Below are positions 11,301 to 21,679 of a stretch of 49,199 nucleotides of DNA, piece after piece (the first letter of the stretch is position 1; each line of letters starts with the position of its first letter). Below the pieces are notes generated by a model. That model searched no databases, had not been told where the DNA came from, and saw only the letters and a list, made by a program, of their open reading frames with translations. A program made the position numbers and the translations under genes. Origin of the DNA: Calditrichia bacterium (GTDB taxonomy: Bacteria; Calditrichota; Calditrichia; JAJRVZ01); NCBI GenBank assembly GCA_963777955.1, contig CAVZSQ010000024.1, forward strand, positions 1-49,199, read 5' to 3'.

Positions 11301-14300
11301 AGTTTTTTCAAAAACCGAAACGATTACCAATGGCCTGACGGTGTTAAATCCGGCCCGGCTGGTTTTTTCTACGATCACCATTCCCGCAACTGAAGTCCGC
11401 CTGGGTCAGAATGATGTGATTGTTGATTATAAAATCAGGAATCAGGGTCAATCTTCGGCCAGGGTCAGTTCGCTGAATCATAAATTCAGAAAATCGACAG
11501 GTGAAGAAATCCTCAATAATCAGTGGGTGCCTTTAAGCCTGCTCCCTGCCCTGCCTGATACTTTAACCCCGGGACAGGAAAGAACCTACCGGGCTATCTA
11601 TACCATCCTGCCTTCTGCGCCGACTGGTATGGTATATCCTATCCCCACGGTATCCTATCAGGATCTGCGTACGATTTCCTATACGGATATCGGACAAACT
11701 ATTGTGCAAACTGATTCGGTAAACGTGATCCGTCCGGCTTCCATGTATGTTTACGATTTGAGTATTATCCAGGACGGGCAGGCGCCCAATGCGCCTTATG
11801 TGAACCAGAACCGCGAATTTTCCTTGAAACTGGTTCTGCACAATTCCGGTGAAGATTTTATCGAAACCGCGACGGTACAAATCCTCAAGCAGGCAGATGA
11901 AACAGTAATCCGGGAACTGGAGGTTTTAGATATCGGACCCGGTTCATTCAAAGATGTCCTGATCAGCATTTCCGAAAATGAACTCGGTACCATGACCTAT
12001 CTTGCTTTCATCGACACGGCGCTGGATGTGCTGGGTGATCCCGTACTGATAACCCCGGCCCGGGATAATGCTGTCATCGTTTATGTCCAGAAACCGAGCA
12101 ACCTGAAGTTAGAGGCAGCCTTCGCACCGGAACAAAGTGAATCCGATTCCCTGATCGTTTCGCTGGATCAGAATTTCAAGGTGCGGGTAAATCTTGTCAA
12201 TGAAGGGCAGTCCGGGTTCCAGCAGAATGGCAGTCTGGTATTACGGTTGCCTGCTCAATATATCAATTTCATCAATGCCCAGGACAGCATTAAGTCTTTC
12301 ACGGCTCTACAGCAATACGTGGAATGGGATGTCCGGGCCACTGCTGTCAGTGCTGCGCCCCCGCAGGATTGGAACATATTAATCTTTGATATCAAAATCG
12401 TTCCGGTTGATTTGAACAGCGGTCAGAATGTGCCTTGCAGTATTGAATCGGATATCGTGAGAGTAAAGGTTGAAGATAGGGGTACAATTGTTCAGAATAT
12501 CGTTGCAATTGTAGGGCCGGACGGGGCGCGTGATGGTGAAGTATCCACTGACCAGATTTTCGAGGTACAGGCTGATATTATTTTTAATGCTACTGTTGCG
12601 GATACGGGGCGGTCAGCACGCCTGTTTATACCCACCGACTATGAGACTATTGAGGCGGATGAAATCGCCCTGCCGATCGGAACGGATACCTGCCGGGTGG
12701 TCTGGTCAGTGCGGGCCCCGGATCAGGCTTTCAATCAAAATTATCTAAGGGTGGTGGTCAGTGCTTACGATCAGAACAGCGGCCTGAGTCTCAGTAAAAC
12801 ATCAAATCAGACACCCGTCCGCACCGTGATGAAAGCTCGACTGATACCATCCTTAAGAATAGCGAAATTTGCCGGAGCGGATAATGATACACTTTCAGTC
12901 GGACAGACTTTCATACTGGAAGCGTTGGTGGCAAACCAGGGCCAGGCTGAAGCCGAAGGTACCGGAAAAATTTATATCCGGGAATTGGGGGCCAATCCTG
13001 CCTTTACCCGGCTCGATACACTGAACAGTGCAAGCGACACTCTGTTTTTCACAGTCGGGCAAACGGTGCGCTGGTATTTACAGGTAAATTCGATCGATGG
13101 TCTGGAGAAAACAGGTGGTCTGATGGCAACAACCGCACAGACAGAATTACAGGATTTGTTCAGATCACTTCAAAATGAAACTGAAGCACAGTCACAGTAC
13201 AAAACCGCTGGCGCCAATAATGGATTCAGGGTCAGCAGAGCCGCCGAGATTTTTAACCAGATTGTATCTTTGCTGCAATCGACTAGCCAATAGCAGCCAG
13301 GATCTGAAAGTGAAGGTATCGTCAGTCCCCCTGGATGAAAACTCTTCAAGTTCTGCTTTCCTGATCAGCGACAGCGGGCAAACCACCGCCTATATTCAGC
13401 AGAAAGCTGCGATCTTAACAGCACACACTATTGTGGCCGACACTGTATCCACCGGTCAGACGTTTTCATATACCGTCCACGGGGAGTTCAGTTCTAATTT
13501 AATTGATGCCCGGGCTATTCTACAACTACCGGCCAGTTTTAATAGTACCGTCTTAGAAGCAACATTTAATGACCAGAATCAGGCTACCTGGAGTAGTATC
13601 CCTGTTCCCTCAACAGCAGAGTATACCGGTACCGCCAGTGAAACATTAAAGGTACTGATAAAAGGTACAGATATGAATACGGGTAAGACAGTTTGGTCCG
13701 GTTCTCCCATCCTGGATACCCTGACTGTCCAGTTAAAGCCGAAATTGTACATGAAAGGCGAGGTTGTCGCTCCGGCTTACGCAAAATCATCCGGGATACT
13801 CACCTATGGTCAGATCGTAACAATTGATGTATGGCCGGGTCTGGTTTACCAGCAAAGCGGACTGGAGTATGCCGGAATCGAAGGAAGCGGAACTATCATA
13901 CTGAACAACAATCTTTTCACCGCGGATAAATTTGTCGCGGTAGAAGGTGAAGAATACGAGAAAACCTTCGCAGCCATCGGGCAAAAAGTTACATTCAAAG
14001 TAAGGGCGCCTGTCGGAGACCGTACCGCCAGTATTAATTTCAGAATTAGAAACCTGCCCCTGGATAAAAACAGTCGTCTCGCGGCAGATGTCGACGTGGA
14101 CAGCGGCACCGTTTCTATCCCGATCCGGGTGCGCCATAAAGAGATTACCGTGACCGTGCTGGACAGTCTGATTACAAACACAATTTTCGCCCGGGGAGCC
14201 GGATCAAATCTGCTTTTAGCCTTCCGGATATCCAATGTGGGATCTCAGGATCCGCTGACCCTGAAAGGGGTGGAACTGACCTTCATAAACAATAACGATA

Positions 14301-15002
14301 CCAGTGCGCTGAGCGCTCAGACCCTGATTAATATGCTGGATTCAGTGCAGGTGATTAATTATAGCCAGTACCTGACACTGCTGGGCCAGGATCCCGGCGA
14401 CGACCAGCCAGCCGCCGCAGGTTTTCGCCGATTATAAACTTAACGAATCGAATATAAATAATCCGTTTAAAATAAGCTTTACTACGGAATGTACTTTGGA
14501 TTCGACCGATATTCAAGATGTGCTGGTATTGGTCAAGTTCAATTCAAATTCTATTATCCGCAGTTTCCGTACCAGGCTCAGCGATGTGATCGCCTATGAT
14601 TATGGCTCGAATTCTCCGGTAACAATGACGGGAAAAGATGAACCGCAACTAATCTCCCCGGTATTCTCTACATCAACCAATGATCCGAAAGAAGGATTCT
14701 TCAATTATCCTAATCCCTTCGGACAGCCGCCTCACGAGACGACCAAAATCGTGTTTTACCTCAACACCACTACCAGTGCCGATGTGACCGTCCGGATTTT
14801 CACCCTGATGGGGGAACTGGTAAAGTCAAAGTGGTATAAAAACCTGAATAATTTAGCGAGGGGAACCTACGACTTCCTGGAATGGGATGGGCGAAATGAC
14901 CGGGGCTACAAGGTGCTTAATGGAGTATATTTAGGTATTATTGAGATTAAATCTGATGGGATTGTACAAAAGTATGTTACTAAAATTGCCTATATTAAGT
15001 GA
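5305..15002 (+). CDS. Giant (~3,200 aa) secreted surface protein/adhesin: signal peptide, N-terminal DGFGY..WID domain, 12 Ig-like repeats, Big_1/CARDB-like domains, C-terminal FlgD/T9SS-like sorting domain; about five frameshifts
   Basis: Track ORFs 5305-6840, 6794-7132, 7140-10403, 10285-13293, 13175-14437 and 14496-15002 join by single shifts, and the repeat pattern continues across the first junctions. The C-terminus reads NYPNPF...WDGRNDRGYKVLNGVY. The start is uncertain (GTG 5305, or ATG 5154 with another shift). Confidence 0.8.
6490..10005 (+). repeat. 12 tandem intragenic repeats of ~282-297 nt (mostly 294 nt, 98 aa)
   Basis: The YAAGYDA-like motif recurs near 6595, 6890, 7173, 7470, 7752, 8046, 8340, 8634, 8928, 9222, 9516 and 9810. 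Confidence 0.9.
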
Positions 15003-15016
15003 GAAAAAATATAAAC

Positions 15017-16930
15017 ATGAAACGTAATAGACCGCTACTGCCAATTATTTTTTTCATCTGGGTCAGCATCTTTTTTATTTCTGACTTTTGCCCGGGTGTT
15101 TTGGCTCAGGATGGCCAGGGCGGTACCGAGAGTAATTTTAATGTTGGTTTTGGTGCCCGGGCTCTGGCCCTGGGTAATGCCTTCACGGCTATGGCCGATG
15201 ATCCCACAGCAGTATACTGGAATCCGGCCGGATTGGAATTTATCGATCAGCAGAGCCTTACCCTGTTTCATAGTTCATTATGGGCAGGAACCAATTATGA
15301 TTTTATGGGCTATGTTTTTCCGACCCTGGATCTGGGCACCTTCGGTTTGGGGCTGGGCCGCATTGGGGTTGGGGATATTCAGGAAAGAAGCGAGGATGGC
15401 GTACCTCTTAATAAATTCTCACTTCAGGAATATCATCTCTTTTTCTCCTATGCCAAAAAAATGCCGTTAAATATTACCCCGGGAATATCGTTACGTCTAG
15501 TCCGTCGTGCCTGGGGCAGTCTCAGGCAAATGGGCAGCCTGGCCGATAATGGTATCGGCATGGACCTGGGTATAATGTATCGCCCCGAGTGGCTGGGTTC
15601 ACCCTGGTTGCAGGACTGGTCAGTCGGTATCAACTTGCAGAACCTGCTGGTGCCGCAGTTGAAAGAAGGTACCGGCAGCGATGCTTTTCCGTTGACCTTT
15701 AAACTGGGATTTTTTAAGAAACTCCGCCTGGTCGGGGGTGAAGCGACTAATATTTTATTCGATTTTGATTTTTCCGAAAAACGGGATTTGAAACTGCATT
15801 TCGGTACGGAATATGCTTTACCGGAACTGGGTAGCATGCGTATCGGCTATGGAACCGGCGGATTCAGTCTGGGCGCCGGTGTGGAATACCAGATGTTTCA
15901 GATCGAGTATGCCTTTGGACGAAATGAATATACGGACGTGCTCGCCCCGGTACACCGCATTTCCTTATCGATTAATTTCGGACCCAACCGTGACGAACTG
16001 TATGTTATTGCCCAGCAAAAACTCATCCAGGAACAGGCCCGGGTCCTGGTCGATTTGCAGGAGGCAGAAAAAGAACAATTCTGTATCGATCACATCCGCA
16101 GTGGCAATGAATACCTGGACGAACAAAAGTATCTGGACGCGATCGTCGAATACCAGCAGGTTTTGAACCGTGACTCGCTGAATATTCAGGCCCGCAGTTT
16201 ACTGGATTCGGCTAATACCCTGTTGGAAGCATACACGCTGCAGCTGCAATCGGTGGCCATCCAGAATGCCCTGGACCAGGAAGATAATCTATTCATCGCA
16301 CAACATTTTGACAAAGGACGGGAACTGCTGGACCAGAACCAGTTTACCACCGCACTGGCTGAATTCAATCTGGCTTTTGATAGAGATACAAGTAATGCTG
16401 CCGTTAAAGATGCGGTCAGTACCACCCGTCGCCGGATCAATGAAGAGGTGACCCGTTTATTGCAGCGCAGCCGCCAGGAACTGGAGAACCAGAATCATGC
16501 CGAAGCACTGGTTTTGCTGGCCAACGCCAGGGATCTGCATACCACCGACCGGCAACTGGAACAATCCATTGAATATCAGACCCGCCAGGTAAATATCCAG
16601 AAAAATCTGCAGCGGGGCATGTTATTATTCCAGATCGAGGAATACGAGAAAGCCTTAGCGGTTCTGCAGGATATTCTGGCCATCGATCCGGAAAATGCCC
16701 TGGCTAAAGATTATTCAGAAAAATGTAAAATTGAAACCATCAGTAAAGTAACTAAAATGGATGCGGAATCCGAACAACAGTATCTGGAAGGAATGAACGC
16801 TTTCCTGGAGGGTAATTACCAGGCAGCCATAGCGACCTGGGAAAAGATCCTGATTAAATATCCGTACCATAAAAAAATACTCACGGCTATCCAGGGTGCC
16901 CGGGAGAAAATGAAAATCGAAATAAAATAG
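15017..16930 (+). CDS. PorV/PorQ (UPF0164)-like outer-membrane beta-barrel fused to C-terminal TPR repeats
   Basis: Signal peptide, then GARALALGNAFTAMADDPTAVYWNPAGL and alternating beta-strands ending HRISLSINFG, followed by TPR helices (AIVEYQQVL, ALAVLQDILAIDPENALA). Confidence 0.85.
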   Translation: MKRNRPLLPIIFFIWVSIFFISDFCPGVLAQDGQGGTESNFNVGFGARALALGNAFTAMADDPTAVYWNPAGLEFIDQQSLTLFHSSLWAGTNYDFMGYVFPTLDLGTFGLGLGRIGVGDIQERSEDGVPLNKFSLQEYHLFFSYAKKMPLNITPGISLRLVRRAWGSLRQMGSLADNGIGMDLGIMYRPEWLGSPWLQDWSVGINLQNLLVPQLKEGTGSDAFPLTFKLGFFKKLRLVGGEATNILFDFDFSEKRDLKLHFGTEYALPELGSMRIGYGTGGFSLGAGVEYQMFQIEYAFGRNEYTDVLAPVHRISLSINFGPNRDELYVIAQQKLIQEQARVLVDLQEAEKEQFCIDHIRSGNEYLDEQKYLDAIVEYQQVLNRDSLNIQARSLLDSANTLLEAYTLQLQSVAIQNALDQEDNLFIAQHFDKGRELLDQNQFTTALAEFNLAFDRDTSNAAVKDAVSTTRRRINEEVTRLLQRSRQELENQNHAEALVLLANARDLHTTDRQLEQSIEYQTRQVNIQKNLQRGMLLFQIEEYEKALAVLQDILAIDPENALAKDYSEKCKIETISKVTKMDAESEQQYLEGMNAFLEGNYQAAIATWEKILIKYPYHKKILTAIQGAREKMKIEIK

Positions 16931-16955
16931 TCATCACCCAGCCGGTGACTTCCCG

Positions 16956-17444
16956 TTGAAAAAAGCAAAACTGACCATCCCAGCCGAAATTGATTATCTC
17001 TCCACCGTTCGCGATTTTATCGACAGACAGGGCATAAAAAATTTCTTCTCCTCGCGGGTGACCAATGCCATGAAACTGGCGGTCGAAGAAGCCTGTACCA
17101 ACATTATGCGTCACGGCTATGAAAATGTGCTGCGTACACACCGGAAAATCAAAATAAAAACCATCATCCGCCACTTCAGTTATACCGTGATCATATATGA
17201 CCAGGGTAAAAGTTTTGATCCCCGCCAGGTGCGCACTCCTGATCTTAAGAAATATGTAGAGGCAGGCAAGATCGGCGGGCTGGGTATCATGATGATCACC
17301 CGGTTAGTAGATGGCCTGGATTACCGGGTAACAAAAAAGGGAAATGAATTTCACCTGATTAAATACCGCGAGGAATTGAAAAGGAATGTACTATTTCAAC
17401 TGTGGTTTTTGATGGGGGTATATGTGCGCAGGGTGTGGAGATAA
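16956..17444 (+). CDS. RsbW-like anti-sigma factor / Ser kinase (HATPase_c_2)
   Basis: N box LAVEEACTNIMRHGY, G1 box DQGKSFDP and G2 box GGLGIMMI. TTG start. Confidence 0.88.
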   Translation: MKKAKLTIPAEIDYLSTVRDFIDRQGIKNFFSSRVTNAMKLAVEEACTNIMRHGYENVLRTHRKIKIKTIIRHFSYTVIIYDQGKSFDPRQVRTPDLKKYVEAGKIGGLGIMMITRLVDGLDYRVTKKGNEFHLIKYREELKRNVLFQLWFLMGVYVRRVWR

Positions 17445-17447
17445 AAA

Positions 17448-17479
17448 GAGGCACTGAGGCACTATGGCACTGAGGCACT
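17448..17479 (+). repeat. 8-bp tandem array (GAGGCACT)x4, left arm of cassette A
   Basis: Read directly. Reverse complement of the array at 17804-17883. Confidence 0.9.
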
Positions 17480-17506
17480 TAGGAAGAAAAATACCGAAGT
17501 AGAAAA

Positions 17507-17727
17507 TTAAGTAATTGAATTTGATTGACTGATTTTATTTATTAGTGATTTTAAGATAATTTCTATTTCTCTGATATTTCTATAAATAGATTCATAGTTT
17601 GATTTGGAAATGAAATTTAGATTCAATCCTATTTCAGACGGGTCTGCAATTCATATACCGAACCCATCGCAATATTTAGAAAGCGGATATAATCTTTGGT
17701 CGACTTTGCATTTTCAATCTTATCCAT
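17507..17727 (-). pseudogene. Internally deleted four-helix-bundle (IVP/Avd-like) gene, cassette A
   Basis: Not in the ORF track. Manual translation gives MDKIENAKSTKDYIRFLNIAMGSVYELQT/EIGLNLNFISKSNYESIYRNIREIEIILKSLINKI, which matches the C-terminal half of 22870-23241. Confidence 0.8.
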
Positions 17728-17803
17728 ACAATTGGTAATACAACAATCATACCAATTTTTTTAGATACCAATTTTTTATAAATTATATGTTTAATTTATT
17801 TCA

Positions 17804-17883
17804 GGTGCCTCAGTGCCGTCAGTGCCTCAGTGCCTCAGTGCCTCAGTGCCTCAGTGCCTCAGTGCCTCAGTGCCTCAGTGCCT
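17804..17883 (+). repeat. 8-bp tandem array (AGTGCCTC)x~10, right arm of cassette A
   Basis: Read directly. Ends 1 nt from the stop codon at 17885. Confidence 0.95.
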
Positions 17884-17884
17884 T

Positions 17885-18331
17885 TCAGAACAAATCCGGA
17901 TCCAGGGTCACATCCAGGGTCAATACCCCTTCCTCATAACAGTCCCCTTCGCAATACTCAGTAGAAGTTGCATCCAGGTTGCCCCCTTCCACTACATAAA
18001 CTGTTATGACCTGGCTGTTTTTAAGCAGTTTATATTCGGCCGTGACAGAATAATCATCATTGGCTAACCAGTAGTCCCTGCTGTTTGTATCGATCGTATC
18101 GAGCAGAACCACCTGTTCGTCTTCAATATCACCGTGATATATAACCACCGGCACGGCAAGGTTAAGATTATCCAGTGTAACCTCTATAATAAGATTTCCT
18201 TCTTCAGGTTTATATTCGATGCAGTCGTATGGCGCCGGGTCGCAATCTTCATCACTATCAAACAAATCGCAGGAAACTGAAAACAACAGACAGCAGGCAT
18301 AAACCGGCCACTTGCTTTTAAATCGTATCAT
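17885..18331 (-). CDS. Hypothetical acidic, Cys-rich lipoprotein
   Basis: Lipobox FSVS-C after a short signal peptide. GGAT purine tract upstream. Confidence 0.75.
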   Translation of the reverse strand: MIRFKSKWPVYACCLLFSVSCDLFDSDEDCDPAPYDCIEYKPEEGNLIIEVTLDNLNLAVPVVIYHGDIEDEQVVLLDTIDTNSRDYWLANDDYSVTAEYKLLKNSQVITVYVVEGGNLDATSTEYCEGDCYEEGVLTLDVTLDPDLF

Positions 18332-18340
18332 ATTATATCC

Positions 18341-18929
18341 TCACAAAATAACTAAGAAGGCAAAATAAAAACGGTTGGGGAAAATGGACATCTTGCAATA
18401 CTGATACCCCAGCCGCAGCAGGAGCAGGTTACTGTTATTATGTTCATTGTACAGAAATCCATAGCCCATACCACCGGTCAATACAGGGATGCTGATATCC
18501 AGATTATCCCGGTTCGAACCCCGGTAACATTTGTACACAAGCCCTGATTCAACCGCAGCAAATAAGGATAGATCCCTGGACAGTCGATAATTCCTTATCC
18601 ACCCCGAATGTCAGGGCATACAATTCTTCTTTATAAATAAAATAAATGTTGTCAGTATATTTAATCAGCACCGACTTGCCATAGGGACGAAGCCAGAAAG
18701 AACATACAAAGCGCAGATCCAACCCCTGTATCGAAGGAGGCATGAATGACAGCCCCAGCATAAAATCTTCATTGTTCATATTGGTCACCAGGCCCAGATA
18801 ACTTGGCATTTCGGTATCTGAGTACCCGCTGTTTGAATAATTGTCCTGGGCCATAATCACCTGGTTAAAGGTTAACAACGTGATCAGGATAAAAATAAAT
18901 TTTAAGGATTTAATGGTATGTAAAGTCAT
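18341..18929 (-). CDS. Hypothetical exported protein, probable small beta-barrel; frameshifted
   Basis: 18549-18929 has a signal peptide (..IMA|QD) and an AGGA RBS. It continues into 18341-18538, which has amphipathic strands. Confidence 0.6.
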
Positions 18930-19102
18930 GCTGTCCTCCCGGACCTAACCTGCTTCTGCTGATCAATATATTAATTGTTATGGTAAAAGGGTAATAAAAA
19001 AAGGGACAAAGAGACAAAGGGACAAAGGGAAAAAGAGACAGAGATTTACCCCCTAGGTAAAGGTCGGGGAAACGACCGGCATTAGAGCTGACCCACCCCC
19101 GG

Positions 19103-19146
19103 CCCCTCCCTATCAGTCCGGCAGGCGCCGGACTGATAGGGAGGGG
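19103..19146. repeat. Perfect 20-bp GC-rich hairpin (REP-like)
   Basis: CCCCTCCCTATCAGTCCGGC-aggc-GCCGGACTGATAGGGAGGGG. Confidence 0.9.
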
Positions 19147-20504
19147 TTTGGGGAGGGTCAATCAATCTATAACTCAATTCCTGCTGAAAGCAGCAGTTGC
19201 GCACCCACCATAACCGAAAATCCCTGCAGATTGTCAAGGCGGTTCAGATAATGATTTTTTTTGGCACTGTACTTGACCTGCGTATAAAAGGTCAGCTGGC
19301 CTGAAAAGAAATAATGGACTTCCAGCCTGTTGACCAGGTTCTCGGTTACCGGTTCGACCGGAAATTTTTCCTTGACCGCATAAAACAGATCACTCAGGGT
19401 AACATCGCCATAGCGGCCCACGATCGTCTCGTTTTTAAAATACCAGGGAAACCAGCCCCAGTAGTTCAGATTCAGTTTTATTTCCTCGCAACTGGCACAG
19501 GGATAGCCCAGGCCCAGTTGACGGTACATCATAATTCTCATAGGTCCGGCCCGACTGATATGTTCTGTTCCAGACACGTACATAGGTGATATCCACCGCC
19601 GCGCCCCGGGCCAGCAGATCGGCCGTGCGCAGGCTGGACTGTACCGCCAGGCGGTCCGGGTAGCGGGCCCGGTCATTGACCCCGGGATCATTATTCACAA
19701 TAAAATCATCGATCAGAAATTGGGTATAGAGTGAAATTTCAGGCCATGGTTTATAAAAAAGATCGATGTTCCAGAATCCATTCAACTGTTTATTATCATT
19801 CCGCTGCAGGCCATAATAAAAGGTCATCGGATTCAAAAAGGTCCAGTCAAACTGTTCCTGGTCCCCTCCAAACGTGGCCATTTCAGTCAGGGCCAGTTGA
19901 ATTTTTGGCGAGATAGCCAGGTCCAGCCGGTGTCCGACCAGGTAGCGTTTGGCATCCCGTATACTGTTGATTGTATCCGGGATCCTGGTTTTTTCAAAAC
20001 CGTCAATATCATCCAGTTTTGCGGCCAGAACCGAGAGTTTTATTTTCTTATAAGTGTAAGAAAATAAAAAATGATCGTAACTGTAGGGATGGTTGGATAA
20101 AATCAGGCTGTATGATCCCGGCGGTCCCCAGTTCCGGTTTATCCGTCCAAAAAATATCTGGCAGTTGCTGAAGTGGACATCGATATAGGCATCATTGGTC
20201 CGTCCATACAACCAGTTTTTTGATTCGGACAGATCGCCGGCATAGTAAGGATCATGTTTATAATCCTGGTTAACTCCGGTGCGGTTAGCCAGGGTGACCA
20301 GGTCTGTGGCCAGGTGAATACTGCCACTGGCCCGGTAGCGGTTATAAACCACATCATGATAATGACCTTCGATCATTTAATTGAATCTGCCCCGAAACAC
20401 TGCCCGTTCCGTAATAATACTGCCAGTATCTTTTGAAAAATTCATAAGGTTTCGGATTGTTCTCCGTTTTAGCCCAGACCCTTGAATCATACGGTTGCTG
20501 GAAG

Positions 20505-20852
20505 ACGAAATCCGGCGACACCTGCGGACAGGAAAGATACAAAGGGACAAAGGAATAAAAGGAATAATCTTAAAAAACGGCATATTAATTGCATATGTAA
20601 ATCTCGGATTAATAAAACATGACGAAGGAAATATATTATGGAAAAGCAGATAATCAAAACTTACGTGATCTAAAGATCTGGCAAAAGTCAATTGAAATGG
20701 TAACCGCAATATACAAGTTGACTTCTCATTTCCCGGATAGAGAATTATTTGGAATAACTACACAAATTCAGCAGATCATCCATATCAATACCAAGCAATA
20801 TTGCCGAAGATAAAATAAAAAAAAATTTTAAACGAAATCCGGCGACACCTGC
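20505..20852 (+). repeat. Exact 21-bp direct repeat ACGAAATCCGGCGACACCTGC at 20505-20525 and 20832-20852
   Basis: Read directly. The two copies flank the N-terminal four-helix-bundle fragment. Confidence 0.95.
20638..20812 (+). pseudogene. N-terminal half of a four-helix-bundle gene (fragment B)
   Basis: MEKQIIKT/RDLKIWQKSIEMVTAIYKLTSHFPDRELFGITTQI/RSSISIPSNIAE. Preceded by an AAGGA RBS, a sigma54-like box and a degenerate GGGACAAA array (20526-20567). Confidence 0.85.
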
Positions 20853-20944
20853 CCGGAATTGATCAGGTAATTTATGTAGTCATTACTGCTGTGGTCGAGG
20901 TAGATGTATTTGGTACCGTCCTGAGCCTGAGGAAACAATGGGAT

Positions 20945-21088
20945 AAAGAGACAAAGAGACAAAGAGACAAAGAGACAAAGATCGCAGACCTACCGCTAGG
21001 TAGGGACAGAGAGACAGAGAAGGCACTAAGGCACTGAGGCACTTAGAAACATAGCGACAAAGAGACAAAGAGACAAAGAGACAGAGAG
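20945..21088 (+). repeat. Mixed 8-bp array (GAGACAAA, GAGACAGA, GAGGCACT), left arm of cassette C
   Basis: Read directly. Contains the embedded hairpin CCTACC-gcta-GGTAGG. Confidence 0.92.
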
Positions 21089-21142
21089 AATATGGTTGAC
21101 GATAATTATACATTATTTATTTCTTCCTTTTATCAATGTATT

Positions 21143-21299
21143 TATTAGATCTCTATCCGAAACGCAAACTCAACTTTTAATATCCTTAAATCTGGGTTAT
21201 ATAGCAGAAAAAGATTTTAAGTCTTTAGCTGAAAACAGTCTTGAAATTGAACAGATGGTAAGCTGTCTAATCAGAAAATTAAAAAGCAAAGTAAAGTAG
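21143..21299 (+). pseudogene. C-terminal fragment of a four-helix-bundle gene (fragment C)
   Basis: SLSETQTQLLISLNLGYIAEKDFKSLAENSLEIEQMVSCLIRKLKSK aligns to SLAEMQTQLLISLNLDYL...EIERMLSSLIRKLKAK. Confidence 0.85.
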
Positions 21300-21322
21300 A
21301 AATCGCTAAGTTATAAGTTAAA

Positions 21323-21400
21323 TTTCTCTCTGTCTCTCTGTCTCTCTGTCTCTCTGTCTCTCTCTGTCTCTCTGTCTCTCTGTCCCTCTGTCCCTCTGTC
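21323..21400 (+). repeat. 8-bp array (TCTCTCTG/TCCCTCTG)x~9, right arm of cassette C
   Basis: Read directly. Confidence 0.95.
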
Positions 21401-21597
21401 GATATGGCAGATATTCAAGAAAAGAATATATCAGATTTTTAGGCATATCGTTGGGATCTTTATATGAAATGCAAACACAATTGCAAATTTCACTGAACCT
21501 TGGCTATCTATCATCAGAAAACTTTCACTCCCTTTCGGAAGGAAGCAAAGAAATTGAACGCATGTTAAGCGGACTTATAAGGAAATTGAAGTTATAA
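21401..21597 (+). pseudogene. C-terminal half of a four-helix-bundle gene (fragment D)
   Basis: Not in the ORF track. YGRYSRKEYIRFLGISLGSLYEMQTQLQISLNLGYLSSENFHSLSEGSKEIERMLSGLIRKLKL*, followed by a (CTCTGTCC)x4 array at 21632-21666. Confidence 0.88.
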
Positions 21598-21679
21598 GAA
21601 TATAAAATTAAATAAATTAATATTTAATTTATCTCTGTCCCTCTGTCCCTCTGTCCCTTTGTCCCTTAGTACTACTTTA

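Larger units (their letters stand above)
19167..21113 (-). pseudogene. Capsule-assembly Wzi-family outer-membrane protein; interrupted by a 327-bp insertion/duplication plus frameshifts
   Basis: Motifs FFGRINRNWGPPGSYSLILSN, RYLVGHRLD, FLNPMTFYY and YTQFLIDD. The N-terminal part QAQDGTKYIYLD...NSGQVSPDFV (20832-20930) joins QVSPDFVFQQPY (20354-20525) when 20526-20852 is removed. Confidence 0.75.
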
